Assembly: GCA_950097015.1 (NCBI GenBank)
Contig: CATNEN010000039.1
Location: forward strand, 8,122,001-8,186,000
Direction: 5' to 3'
Source of the DNA: Macrostomum hystrix
Lineage: Eukaryota; Animalia; Platyhelminthes
Length of the DNA: 64,000 nt
The notes below the pieces were generated by a model. That model searched no databases. It was not told where the DNA came from and worked only from the letters and a program-made list of their open reading frames with translations. The position numbers were made by a program, and so were the translations under genes. This document shows, piece by piece, positions 34,040 through 46,256 of the stretch; position 1 is the stretch's first letter; the number at the start of each line of letters is the position of its first letter.

Positions 34040-37000
34040 ATGATGGCGAGTGAATTAGAGAATCTGCCAGCTGCCGACCTAGAGGACGGCGAGATCGATT
34101 CGAACGACGTCGTAGATGAAGACTCTATAGGCGACAACGATGACCGACCGAGCAAGAAGCATTCAAAACGTGACAGCGATGGAAAACGCAAGCGGAAGTC
34201 TGATAGGTCTGATCTAACTAGCGACATGACTAAGTCGAAGAAAGCTAAGAAGGCCAAATATAATGAAAAGGTGAGCGACCGTTGACTAGTGAAAATTCAG
34301 TGCGAATTGGACGCAATTGGACGAAATGAGGATACAGTGGAGCTGTAAAAATCTAACGCAGAAGTAGCTAGTTGAGAGGTAATGGTGGTTTTAGCGAGGA
34401 GGCCATTCTGCAAATTTCACTGACTCCTGAGCACACAAGCACACAAGCACACAAGCACACGGAAACTGCACGTAGGCACACACACAGGTGTGTACATCCA
34501 TCTGCTCTGAATTTCTCATTGTCAGGCAGTGTGCACTCTCACTGTGTCTTAAAAATTGCCCCTTAAGGGCGTAAATTCCACGACAAGCCCCCTAGCCTTC
34601 TCTTTACGACTGCGCTCGAAATGAATGTGGCCTCGCCGCGAAATCGAGCTCAGGGACAGGCAAACGCGTTAACCGCTCTGCCCCTCACCCTCCCAAGCTA
34701 ATGTTGTCACTTATTTTACAGAGCTGCTTGAACAGAAAAATTAGATTAAGTGTGTTGCTTACGGATAAAAATTAAAATAAATATATTCCATTGGCTCAGA
34801 CTCGAGCTACAGACATTTCGGTTAGGAATTAGATATTTGACTCACATGACAATCCCCCAAGTAAAATGCTTGCCTCAAAATCCGCCTCACTGATAGTCCC
34901 GACGAAGAACTTCGAGCCAGCTCCACCACGACGATCTCAGCGAATTGAATCCGCATGGAGCAACAGCGGCAGCTCCAGGACAGCTCTATGGTTACAGCAG
35001 CGAGGAAGACGACGATGCAGCCACCCACTGGAGCGCTGCTTCTGGCCTGTCCGAACCGGAAGACCTCGGCGTCGGACTTCACGAGGGCCGCATTCGCGCA
35101 TCAGCTGGCGGCAAGCCGAACGAACTGAAAAAAAGAACAGTCAGCCAGAAGAAGAAGAAGAAGAAGGAAAAGTGGTGCTACCGACCGAAAAAAGTCACCA
35201 TTGCACCTGTGCGAGCGGTCCCGGTGTGCACATTCTACATGGAGGGTCGCTGCAATAAGGTAAGGTGACGATTTTTGTCTGGCTTTAATTTCGTAAAAAA
35301 TTTTCTGCTATTAGTGACTGTCCCTGAGCTCGAATCCGCGGCCAGGCCACATTCATTTGGGGCGCAGCCGCGGAGAGGAGGCTTGTCGAGGATCATGGCC
35401 AACCCCTAAATGACTGAAGTTGTACAAGTACGCTGCTTGACAATGAGAAAATCAGGGCAGATGTATACCCCATATCCCTCCTTATGATATTAGTATAGCC
35501 ATTGATAACCTTTACTTTTAATAGGGAGACAAGTGCACATTCAGCCACTCGGTCGACAGGCCAAAGAGGCCCCAACTGTGCAGATTCTACGCCATCGGCA
35601 GCTGCAGCAATGGCTCGGACTGCCAGTTTATGCACTCGGAGTTTCCCTGCAAGTTTCACCACCTGTTCGGCCTGTGCCGCTCTGGGTCCGAGTGCCGATT
35701 CTCGCACGAGCCGCTCAGCTCGGAGATGCGCGCCGTACTTGACAGCAATGCGGCAAGCGATTCGGTAAATCATTGGTCCTGTCACTGTGGACTCGTTACT
35801 ATTGATAGCTACCAAGGACCACTAGAGAAGGACGGGAAACTTCGTTTCTTAGAAAAAAGTTTAGGAGGCAGGTTTTTGCCGAAAGATACACTACGGAGAT
35901 GTTATTGTTATTGACAATTTGACTACCAAGCCATTTTGCCGCCCGGTTTTATATCCAGAGAGATTCCCCTCCTGAAATTCTTTTGCCAGCGCCGGAATGC
36001 TAACAGCGTTGGCTGGTGACTGATTGGTTGACAGACTAGGCGATGGTGTCCTGTGGTTGAGCTGCGCCTAATATTTAGGCATATAGGCCTTGATCAGTGA
36101 CATTAGAGGAACTCACGTCAGGGTGTCCATATTGGCCTAGTTCCCCCTTTTGTAGCCCTTGAAGGTCCAGCAGTCCATCTAGATAAAGGTAGGTGACCAC
36201 CGAAGACGGTGGTCATCCGTCTACATGATGCAGGCACATTCGGCTGACATGCTGATATATTTTGAAGGCCTGGCAAGGCCGCACTGAGGCGCAGTGCTAA
36301 TTCGTGTATAGGGGTGTATAAAACACACTAGCGCTTATGGGAAAAATCTGATCTTCGGCCAGAAACATTGAATATCTCGACGGTCTGAAGAGCTGGCGAC
36401 TTGATTATTGTTTCAGAAGATGCGCAACAAAATGTTGGGCCATGTTCTTGACTTTCGTGGGCTCGCGTTGCTCCGTTCGGGTGCGGCACAAAAAACTGTC
36501 TGGGGGATTTGGTAGTTCTGCAGTTAATATTTACCTAATAATTAAGATAATATAATATAATGGATTACGCCTGCCCTGATTGGGCCAGATGTGCAGCCGA
36601 CAGCTCAGCCGCAGCTGTAGGCTGCGTACGGACTGGGGACGCCACACCCACCCTCAATTACTCCAGCTAACGCTGGCCCCATTTAACAGCTGGGTGAGCT
36701 GAAGCAAGTGTCTTGGTAAATGACACTCTAAAGCTTAATTAATAATAGTGATTAAACGTATTTTTAACGAATTACTATTTAACGAGTTCTAACAAAATAA
36801 TTAACGTTTCTTTGCTAGACTAATTAAGCTTTAGATTAAACTCACGAAATCATCATCCTAAACTATATACTTCCAGCAGTCAGAAAGCGCAGATAATACC
36901 AAAGCGAAATCGACTGTCTCCGAGGGTTCTGCCAAGCAAACTGCGACCGAGCCGCAAAGACAGAAATTCAGCCTGCTGGGTAGGTCGATTTGTTTTTGAA

Positions 37001-40000
37001 GCCACTTTTAAGCCACTCAGGCAAAAATTCTGGCTAGCCACTGTTCCTTGCTTCTATTTATTTCGGCCATTCTGATGTCTTATTAATTCAGAAGCGGTTT
37101 GTCTGAAAAATGAAAAAAATAAACGATTATAAAAAATAAAAATAATTGCAGGAGGGCTGCGGGCAATGACACATCATTTGGTGACACTAGACGCGCAGCC
37201 AGTGAGGAGGCAATTCTGCCCATTTCGCTGACTCCTGAGCACACACTCACACAGATACCGTACGCAGGCACACGCTCACACAGGTGTGTACATATGCCCT
37301 GACTTTCTCATCGTCAGGCACTGTACACTCTCAGTGTGCATCGGAGGAGGCATTAGAGGCCCCCAAGGACGTAAATTGCATTGCCCAAGCCTTTTCTCCG
37401 CGGCCTCGCCCCAAAAGAATGTGGCCTCGTTGTGGAATCGAGTTCAGGGACTTTAGTGGGAGAGGCAAACGCGTTAACCGCTTTACTACTCACCCCCAAA
37501 AGTAAACGATAGAATAGGACACAAGAACTCCTAAATGTCAAGGTGCCAAGCGAGATTTAAAAGGTTTAAAAATAATTGTTAATTGAGCCAGTTTCTAGTG
37601 TCTCAAATAAGCAAATCAACTCATCCAATCGGTCTCGAACGACGCTTTTTAATGTCTCAATGATGAGTTGCTTGAGACGTTACGGTTTCGCTTGCGACTT
37701 TTGAAAGGTGGCTGTAGGTCCTTAAAAAACCCATGAGTCGTTATCGTGGCTTTTGAAACGACACAAGATATCGTGTTAATTTGGAGAAGCTACTGGTCGA
37801 AGTAGTATATTACGAGCACTGAACGCACGACGTTAAAAAGGCGTTAACAAGTACGCCTCTGTTTTCTGAGAGTCACATTGTGAAGAATCTCGACACGAAA
37901 TTCTATTGAACCCTCATCATTCAGGTCGGTAGTCTTGGCTGCCTGTTTGTTAAGGGGACCCTGGAGATGACAAAAGAGTTTTAGTAAATCTCAGACTTCA
38001 AACGTTTGTGCCTGACTAGCAAAGCCGGCCCTTTAAAGCGCACTTTTAAGCTTATTCTTTGATTGCATTTGAATATGTTCCCTTGTTCCGGCTTCCTGTT
38101 GGCATGCGGATGGCATTTTCGAAGCAGAATCGCTGTCTCTCTCCAATGCGTGTCATTTTATATTTGTCGCAGATGTGGATATGGGCTTGTTCGTAGGCCT
38201 ATGCTCGGCCTGATCAGCATACATGTAGTCATGCAGCAGCTAAGGCTCTAGGGAGACTATGCGGCCAGATAATCAGCCTTATTTGCATTTATTATTTTGT
38301 GCAGGCACATACATTTCATTATACGAAATTTAGGCGCTGGGAGTGTAGTGAAATTGGGAGTGTAGGAATGGATGTTAATTAGGATAGATTGCTATTTCAA
38401 CATCTCTTCTTCACCTGTTTTTTCTTTATGAGAATCACACACACAAGCAGGAAGAAATGTCAAACGAACTTTAAAATGGGTAACAGCATGTATAGCGCGG
38501 TTAGATATGTACGTGGATGAGGCGCCTCCCCAGTCCATGGACAGAACAGGTGTCCCGTAGCTTTGGAAGCAGCACACAATGGCTCTGTCACTGGCTGCAC
38601 ATCTGGCCCAACTGGGCTAGCTGCCGTTAACATTTTCTCTTTTTTTTCCGGCATTTGTTCAATTCAAAGCTGTACTTTATCTTCCTTTACTTGATCAAGC
38701 AACATGCCACGACTCATATTTACCGCAGTCGTCAGACCCACTGTACCTTGTTAGTTTGCGAGTTAGTTATTTTTTCAAAAGGTGCAACACCCGACTCGGT
38801 TTCATGATGCACCTTGTGAACTGATTATAATTTTTACTTAGGCTCCGCGCCTCAGCCAAGCTTGCCAGCAGGAGTGATACCAGTGATTCAGCAGCCATCG
38901 CTGCCGCTTGACCTGCCAGCTGCGAGTCCAGATGACGCTGACGATCAAGAGCTCCGAACGCGCCCCCATCAACAAGAGCTTCCGCTGCATCAGCCGCCGC
39001 AGCAGCAGTCTTTTAAGCCGGCAGCCTTTCCACCGAGACCGTTCCCGCACCCTGGCGATGTGGAGAACCGCCATCAACCACTTCATCAGCAGCCTCCGCT
39101 ACCAGTGCGGCCTCCGTTTCAGCCGGTGATTCAAACTCTTCCGCGACATCCAGCACCTCCGACTTCGATGCCGCCTCCGACAAGAAGCGGGTAAAGTTAG
39201 AAAGGCTTGTTTTGCTATTAATTCAATATTCTTTGTTATTTCTTTGTTAATTCTTTGTCAGACCCACAGGTATCTTTGTCAGACCCACAGGTATCTTTGT
39301 CAGACCCACAGGTATCTTTGTCAGACCCACAGGTATCTTTGTCAGACCCACAGGTATCTTTGTCAGACCCAAAGGTATCTTTGTCAGACCCACAGGTATC
39401 TTTGTCAGACCCACAGGTATCTTTGTCAGACCCAAAGGTATCTTTGTCAGACCCACAGGTATCTTTGTCAGACCCACAGGTATCTTTGTCAGACCCACAG
39501 GTATCTTTGTCAGACCCAAAGGTATCTTTGTCAGACCCACAGGTATCTTTGTCAGACCCAAAGGTATCTTTGTCAGACCCACATGTATGTGTCAGTCATC
39601 AGACTCACAGTTATCTTGTGGTACCGTGAGTACTGTAAAAATCTGTGTAATCCCAGGTATATTTGTAGTACTCGCGGACAGTTTAGGCCTCAAAAACAGA
39701 AGTGATCTCACATCACACCCACAATCCGCACACTTCTCAGCGGCCAAATGCAACGACCGGCATACTCGGGTCCCCATCCACCGGAAAGGCCGTTTCCTTC
39801 GGCTCCTAGAAGCTTTGCTCAACATCAAGACGCTCCGCGACCGCTGCCGCCGCCGCAGTCGACGAAGCCGTCAGCCGCCGCCGTAGCCGCCGCCTCGCGC
39901 GCTCTCGATGTCGTGGCTTGCCTGCTGAGCGAGTTTTGCGGCACTTCTGCCACTCTTGGCCAGGAAAGTGCGTCGCCGACTGAAGCAAAGCCGGATTGCC

Positions 40001-41833
40001 TAGCGGCTTTGTCACCTGACGCAGAGGTGAGTATTGAGCTCTGCTGTTTGAGTCTGTCTGTTAATTAATTAAAAATGCCGATTGATTTTGGGCTACCTTC
40101 TTTGTGTATCAATATTTAGGATTGTAATTTCCAGCTTCTTCACCCTTCACTTTGATAAAAAATGTTATTGTTAAATTGAGAGTAGCACAGTCTAATCCTA
40201 TTTCATCTGAATATTCATTACACTCTAACCCTTTAACTTTACCTTTACCCTTTATTAGAATCCTCACTTACCTGATTAGAATCCTCATTTACCTAGTTGG
40301 AATCCTCACTAACCTGATTAGAATCCTCACTGACCTAATTAGAATCCTCACTACTTGATTAGAATCCTCACCTACCTGATTAGAATCCTCACTACTTGAT
40401 TAGAATCCTCACTTACCTGATTAGAATCCTCACTACTTGATTAGAATCCTCATTTACCTGATTAGAATCCTCACTTAACTGATTAGAAATCTCACTTACC
40501 TAATTAGAACCCTCATTTACCTGATTAGAATCCTCACTTACCTGATTAGAATCCTCACTTACCTGATTAGAATCCTCACTTACCTGATTAGAATCCTCAA
40601 TGACCTGATTAGAATCCTCATTTACCTAATTGGAATCCTCACTTACCTAATTAGAATCCTCACTTACCTGATTAGAATCCTCATTTACCTAATTGTAATC
40701 CTCACTTACCTAATTAGAATCCTCACTTACCTGATTAGAATCCTCACTTACCTGATTAGAATCCTCATTTACCTGATTAGAATCCTCACTTAACTGATTA
40801 GAAATCTCACTTACCTAATTAGAGCCCTCATTTACCTAATTAGAATCCTCATTTACCTGATTAGAATCCTCACTTACCTGATTAGAATCCTCACAGACCT
40901 GATTAGAATCCTCACTTACCTGATTAGAATCCTCACAGACCTGATTAGAATCCTCACTTACCTTTCAGGCCGTCATTGCCTCATGTTCTGTGGAAAATTT
41001 ACCGGCTGATCAGCATGACGGTGACTCATCTAAGGATCATCCGGCAGCGCCTCAGCAGCAGCCGGTGCTTGTTTTTCGAGCGCCGGTAAGTCTCAGAAAT
41101 TATAACTTTAATAGCGCGTATTTTGCATGGTCTATTGATTCAGGCCAGTCAGTATTGTTTCAGGCCAGTCAGTATTTGATTCAGGCCAGTCAGTATTGAT
41201 TCAGGCCAGTCTGTATTGATTCAGGCCAGTCAGTATTGATTCAGGCAATTTAGTATTGATTCAGGCAATTTAGTATTGATTCAGGCCAGTTAGTAGTTAT
41301 TCAGGCCAGCCAGTATTTATTCAGGCCAGTCAGTATTGATTCAGGCCAGTCAGTATTGATTCAGGCCAGTCAGTATTGATTCAGGCTAGTCAGGATCATC
41401 AAGGACATTTCTGTCCCGGTACTGCTCATCTTTCCTCGACCAACTCTTCTAGCCCGTATGTCGACGCAAGCTGCCGTGGCGCCTGTTGCCACTGGACCTC
41501 ATCAGCCGGCTGCCCTACGCGATGCAGCAGCTTCCTCGTGACCAGCGGGCTTCGGCAGGCGATCCCCGTTTGGCCCAATCGAATCCGCCGACTCAGCCGC
41601 AGAGGTCGCTAATCGATCCGCGAGTTCCGCCACGCGACCCGGCTCCGGTGGCAGCTGAACCTGAATTAGCGGCGCCGGAAGCGGAGCAAGCAGCCTCTCT
41701 GAAGGCCGCCAGAGCTAGTCGACTGCAGCTGAATGAGCGCTCCACAGCTGCCGCCGCGACTGCCTCGCCAGTAAAGTCGGTGCCCACCGTGACTTCGCGT
41801 CCGGCTTTTGACCCCCGCTTCCGTCGAATGTAG
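34040..41833 (+). CDS. CCCH zinc-finger protein, ZC3H4/ZC3H6/Su(sable) family (spliced, ~689 aa)
   Basis: Exons 34040-34270, 34897-35259, 35525-35764, 36877-36979, 38842-39190, 39741-40026, 40969-41085, 41453-41833, all GT-AG and phase-consistent. N-terminal DLEDGEI; three CCCH fingers CTFYMEGRCNKGDKCTFSH, CRFYAIGSCSNGSDCQFMH, EFPCKFHHLFGLCRSGSECRFSHEPL; Pro-rich middle; three C-terminal DPR motifs. Confidence 0.88.
34392..34695 (-). mobile_element. SINE family B copy
   Basis: Reverse-complement match. Confidence 0.75.
35315..35470 (+). mobile_element. SINE family B, partial degenerate copy
   Basis: gtccctgagctcgaatccgcggcc...gagaaaatcagggcagatgta. Confidence 0.65.
35911..36528. mobile_element. 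MITE family C copy
   Basis: gactaccaagccattttgcc...gtagcccttgaaggtccag...aatatctcgacggtctgaagagctgg. Confidence 0.78.
36555..36718 (-). mobile_element. SINE family A, 3' part
   Basis: Matches tail and body of the 3805 and 53944 copies. Confidence 0.72.
37135..37497 (-). mobile_element. SINE family B, near full length
   Basis: Reverse-complement match including tail. Confidence 0.8.
38522..38620 (+). mobile_element. SINE family A, degenerate 3' fragment
   Basis: ccccagtccatggac...ggctgcacatctggcccaa. Confidence 0.55.
39252..39612. repeat. 21-bp minisatellite TCTTTGTCAGACCCACAGGTA
   Basis: ZC3H intron 5. Confidence 0.95.
40254..40963. repeat. 21-bp minisatellite CTGATTAGAATCCTCACTTAC
   Basis: ZC3H intron 6; runs into the acceptor. 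Confidence 0.95.
41133..41393. repeat. 20-bp minisatellite ATTGATTCAGGCCAGTCAGT
   Basis: ZC3H intron 7. Confidence 0.93.
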
Positions 41834-42541
41834 AGTCCACTCGCATGACCATTATTCTGTCTCTTTGCATTTCCGCCAGCTGCTATTGCTGCCTCATTCA
41901 CTGGGGCCATTATTATCTGTTGTTGAATGTTGTGTACTTGAGAACTTGAGACTGTCCGTCACCTCGCTGACATCGCTGCTTTCATATCAAGAAGTCAATT
42001 TAGTACAGTCGAGTATTAGACTTGTAATACTTTGCACACTGTACTTTATTTCACCGCTACAAAATACGAGTAAGAACGAAGTGATTCTTCGAGTTAGGAA
42101 CAAAAGCTTTTACCTAGCAGTAGTTATAATAATACACATTTGTCACTAATAATAAGGCCATCAATGTAATTAGAATTCGTGTAGACAGCCAATGCGGGTC
42201 CAGTGTTAAAGAGCAGGGCGAGTTAAATGTTAGCTACTCATATTTGTTAGGGTGCATCATGCATCATGCGCGAACCCTAAGCAATAAATATAAAGTGATA
42301 AAGTGCTACTTTTCATGTTACGAAATAAATATAAATATATTTCTCTTGTCCAACAGGAAATGGAAAAAAAGTAACAAAGCGTTTTTTCAACACAGTCAGA
42401 ATTGGCGAAACGAGAAATGGTATTAAATTTCTCATCAGGAGATCTCCGGTACGCACCTGGATATGCAGGTGCTAATTATCCAGGTATCTTATTCAACTAG
42501 AATAAAAAATATCCCTTATAGTTTGTATAACAAAAATTTGA

Positions 42542-42825
42542 TTATTAGTTACAGGAGGGCTGTGTGCAATGGCACATCATTTGGTGAGAGTAGATTCTCA
42601 GCCTGTGAGGAGGCAATTCTGCCCATTTAGATGACTCCTGAGCACACACGCCCACAGATACTGTACGATCAGAAGGCACAATTTTTGATTGTCAGGCTGT
42701 GAACACTCTTTCTGTGTCTGGGAGGATGACTCTGAAGGGCGTAAATTTTGCACGACAAATCCCCCCAAGCATTGCCTCCACTGCTGCGCCTCAAATTAAT
42801 GCGGAATCGAGCTCAGGGACCTCAT
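42542..42825 (-). mobile_element. SINE family B, diverged copy
   Basis: Reverse-complement match. Confidence 0.72.
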
Positions 42826-42863
42826 TCCTTGAGCAGAAGTGTTAGACACAGCTGCCTGTCAGC

Positions 42864-43270
42864 CCCTGAAGTCCCTATTTACCGAAGTCCTTATTAACCG
42901 AAGTCCCAATTTACCGAAGTCCTTATTAACCGAAGTCTTTATTAACCGAAGTCCTTATTAACCGAAGTCCTTATTAACCGAAGTCCCTATTTACCGAAGT
43001 CCTTATTAACCGAAGTCCCTATTTACCGAAGTCCTTATTAACCGAAGTCTTTATTAACCGAAGTCCTTATTAACCGAAGTCCTTATTAACCGAAGTCCCT
43101 ATTTACCGAAGTCCTTATTAACCGAAGTCCTTATTAACCGAAGTCCCTATTTACCGAAGTCCTTATTAACCGAAGTCCTTATTAACCGAAGTCCCTATTT
43201 ACCGAAGTCCTTATTAACCGAAGTCCTTATTAACCGAAGTCCCTATTTACCGAAGTCTTTATTGACTGAA
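42864..43270. repeat. 16-bp minisatellite CCGAAGTCC(T/C)TATT(A/T)A
   Basis: Direct inspection. Confidence 0.95.
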
Positions 43271-43734
43271 CTTACTATATACAGAAGTCCCTATTTGCCG
43301 AGCTGTCATAAGTGAATGTTTATATATTTTGCCTGCAGCCTGCGCATATCTGTCAGAACAATTCAAGAGGCCGCCTTCTGTTTTGATTTTCCGTCTGTGA
43401 GCAGTGCTCAGGCTTGCGGGAAAAGCACCTGGCTGAAATGTAAGCGCCATTCCTAACTTGGAAAAAAGCGGCGAGATACTTTTGTCCTAGATTTCCATTG
43501 CTTTCAGCGCAGTTGCTGCAGCAATGGCGGAAAATTTGTCTGCTCTATGATGTAGAAAATTGTCCTTAAAATGCATAATTCCCTGCAGTCTTAAATCCCA
43601 GAATTGCTTGCAAAACCCTGGCTTTATCAGCAGCCAATTAGGCAATTCGTGAATTCGCAGCATTCATGCGGAATAGACTGGATAATCTTCAAAACCAGCA
43701 TATTTTAATAAGAGCGTCGAATACTTTTATTTAT

Positions 43735-44812
43735 AATCGAAGCTGGAGTCGTAGCTAGAATCATAGGTAGAATCGTAGCTAGAGTCGTAGCTGAAGTCGT
43801 AGCTGGAATCGTTGCTAGAATCATAGCTAGAATCGTAGCTAAAGTGGTAGCTAGAATCGTATCTAGAAGCGTAGCTGGAATCGTAGCTAGAGTCGTAGCT
43901 GGAGTCGTAGCTGGAATCGTAGCTAGAATCATAGCTAGAATCATAGCTAGAATCATAGCTAGAATCGTAGCTAAAGTCGTAGCTAGAGTCGTAGCTAGAA
44001 TCGTAGCTAGAATCGTAGCTAAAGTCGTAGCTAGAATCGTAGCTAGAAGCGTAGCTAAAGTCGTAGCTAGAATCGTATCTAGAAGCGTAGCTGGAATCGT
44101 AGCTAGAGTCGTAGCTAGAATCGTAGCTAGAATCGTAGCTAAAGTCGTAGCTAGAATCGTAGCTAGAATCGTAGCTAAAGTCGTAGCTAGAGTCGTAGCT
44201 AGAATCGTATCTAGAAGCGTAGCTGGAATCGTAGCTCGAGTCGTAGCTAGAATCGTAGCTAGAATCGTAGCTAGAGTCGTAGCTAGAATTGTAGCTGGAA
44301 TCGTAGCTAAAGTCGTAGCTAGAATCGTATCTAGAAGCGTAGCTGGAATCGTAGCTAGAGTCGTAGCTAGAATCGTAGCTAGAATCGTAGCTGGAGTCGT
44401 AGCTAGAATCGTAGCTAGAATCGTAGCTAAAGTCGTAGCTAGAATCGTAGCTAGAATCGTAGCTAAAGTCGTAGCTAGAGTCGTAGCTAGAGTCGTAGCT
44501 AGAGTCGTAGCTAGAATCGTAGCTAGAATCGTAGCTAAAGTCGTAGCTAGAATCGTATCTAGAAGCGTAGCTGGAATCGTAGCTAGAGTCGTAGCTAGAA
44601 TCGTAGCTAGAATCGTAGCTGGAGTCGTAGCTGGAATCGTAGCTAGAGTCGTAGCTAGAATCGTAGCTAGAATCGTAGCTGGAGTCGTAGCTGGAATCGT
44701 AGCGAGAGTCGTAGCTAGAATCGTAGCTAGAATCGTAGCTAGAGTCGAAGCTGGAGTCGTAGCTGGAATCATAGCTAGAATCGTAGCTGGTACTGTAGCT
44801 AGAATCGCAGCT
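43735..44812. repeat. 12-bp array GTAGCTAGAATC
   Basis: ~90 units with no visible frameshifting indel. Confidence 0.95.
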
Positions 44813-45377
44813 TGAAAATTAGCAGGTACATAAGCAGGCAGTTGAGTTGTTATTTGTTATCTAGACTAAATGAACCTGACACGTGATGATCGGAGATTAA
44901 TGATGGATTTTAGCCCTAAAAATGAGACCACCGGTTGAGTGCCACACGTCAGTGAGACACGCCTTCGAATATCGCAGTCAGTCATGTAAGCGCCAGTCAC
45001 TGTGTCAGTCATCGTGTCGTGTGCGTCTGACTTCCTGCACGAAATTGTGTGAATATACCTATTAATGGTGTTTTAGTACCAGTGAAGTAATTGGGCACAA
45101 AAATGAGTTTCCTTGTCAATTTATTTTGCGCTTATTGTGATTCTCAGTGCATAGCAAGCTGAATCATGTCAGAATCAGAACTATGCTTCGCTGTTCTCCA
45201 CAAGTTCTCAAGTTCACGAATGAAAGCAGATTATAATGAAATTTTCATTGCTTTTCCAAGTTATGAAAATTAGAAAAGACAAACTCTGTGTGCTACACAG
45301 CCTATAAGAGTATTCAAAATATGTCAATGATTTTTATATGATTTATTAAATTACAGTTCAAACAAATGCTTTCGATG

Positions 45378-45652
45378 GGGTCAGAGCTTTGGACTCACAG
45401 CTTTAAGGTCGGGGGTTCGATTCCCGACTCCACTGGAACTATTTGTGTCCTTTAGCAAGACACTTAAGTCTGCAGTGCTTCAGTTCACCCAGCTGTTAAA
45501 TGGGTCCCAGCGTCAGCTCGAGTAATTTATGGTGGGTTTGGCTTTCAGTCTATGGACTGAACAGCCGTACATGCGCTGTGTAATAGCAGCGGCTGTGCTG
45601 TCGGCTGCACATCTGGTCCACTTAGGGCAGGTGTAATCAATTATTATTATTA
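45378..45652 (+). mobile_element. SINE family A copy
   Basis: B box, CORE-like body, gggcaggtgtaatcaattattatt tail. Confidence 0.8.
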
Positions 45653-45980
45653 CCATTTCGATACGTTTCTACCCATTTAGGAGGCTTTGCACTTACTTAG
45701 CTGCAGAGTGGTCCTGGGCAGTGGAAAGGTTCGTTCACACTGCCAACTAATAAGGCCACAACACACGATTTTACATTCCTTTTTTGTGTCATAAAAATTA
45801 ACACCAAAGAAGAGCACCAGCTTTCGGAAGGCAGCTGTCTTTGAGGTGTCTATCAATTGCTTTAGTTTAAGGTCCCAACGGTCACCGCCAATGCTCCAGA
45901 CAGTGATGAAGGATGCCCTGGTGATTGAGATGCTGAGAAAAAGGTCCCTGCGACTGATTGACATAGTTTGCGGAGCCGAC

Positions 45981-46256
45981 AGCTAGAATCGTAGCTAGAA
46001 TCGTAGCTAGAATCGTAGCTAGAATCGTAGCTAGAATCGTAGCTAGAATCGTAGCTAGAGTCGTAGCTAGAATCGTAGCTAGAATCGTAGCTAGAGTCGT
46101 AGCTAGAATCGTAGCTGGAGTCGTAGCTAGAATCGTAGCTAGAATCGTAGCTGGAGTCGTAGCTGGAATCATAGCTAGGATCGTAGCTAAAGTCGTTGCT
46201 AGAGTCGTAGCTAGAATCGTAGCTAGAATCGTAGCTAGAATCGTAGCTAGAATCGT
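45981..46256. repeat. 12-bp array GTAGCTAGAATC (second block)
   Basis: Same unit and orientation as 43735-44812. Confidence 0.95.
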
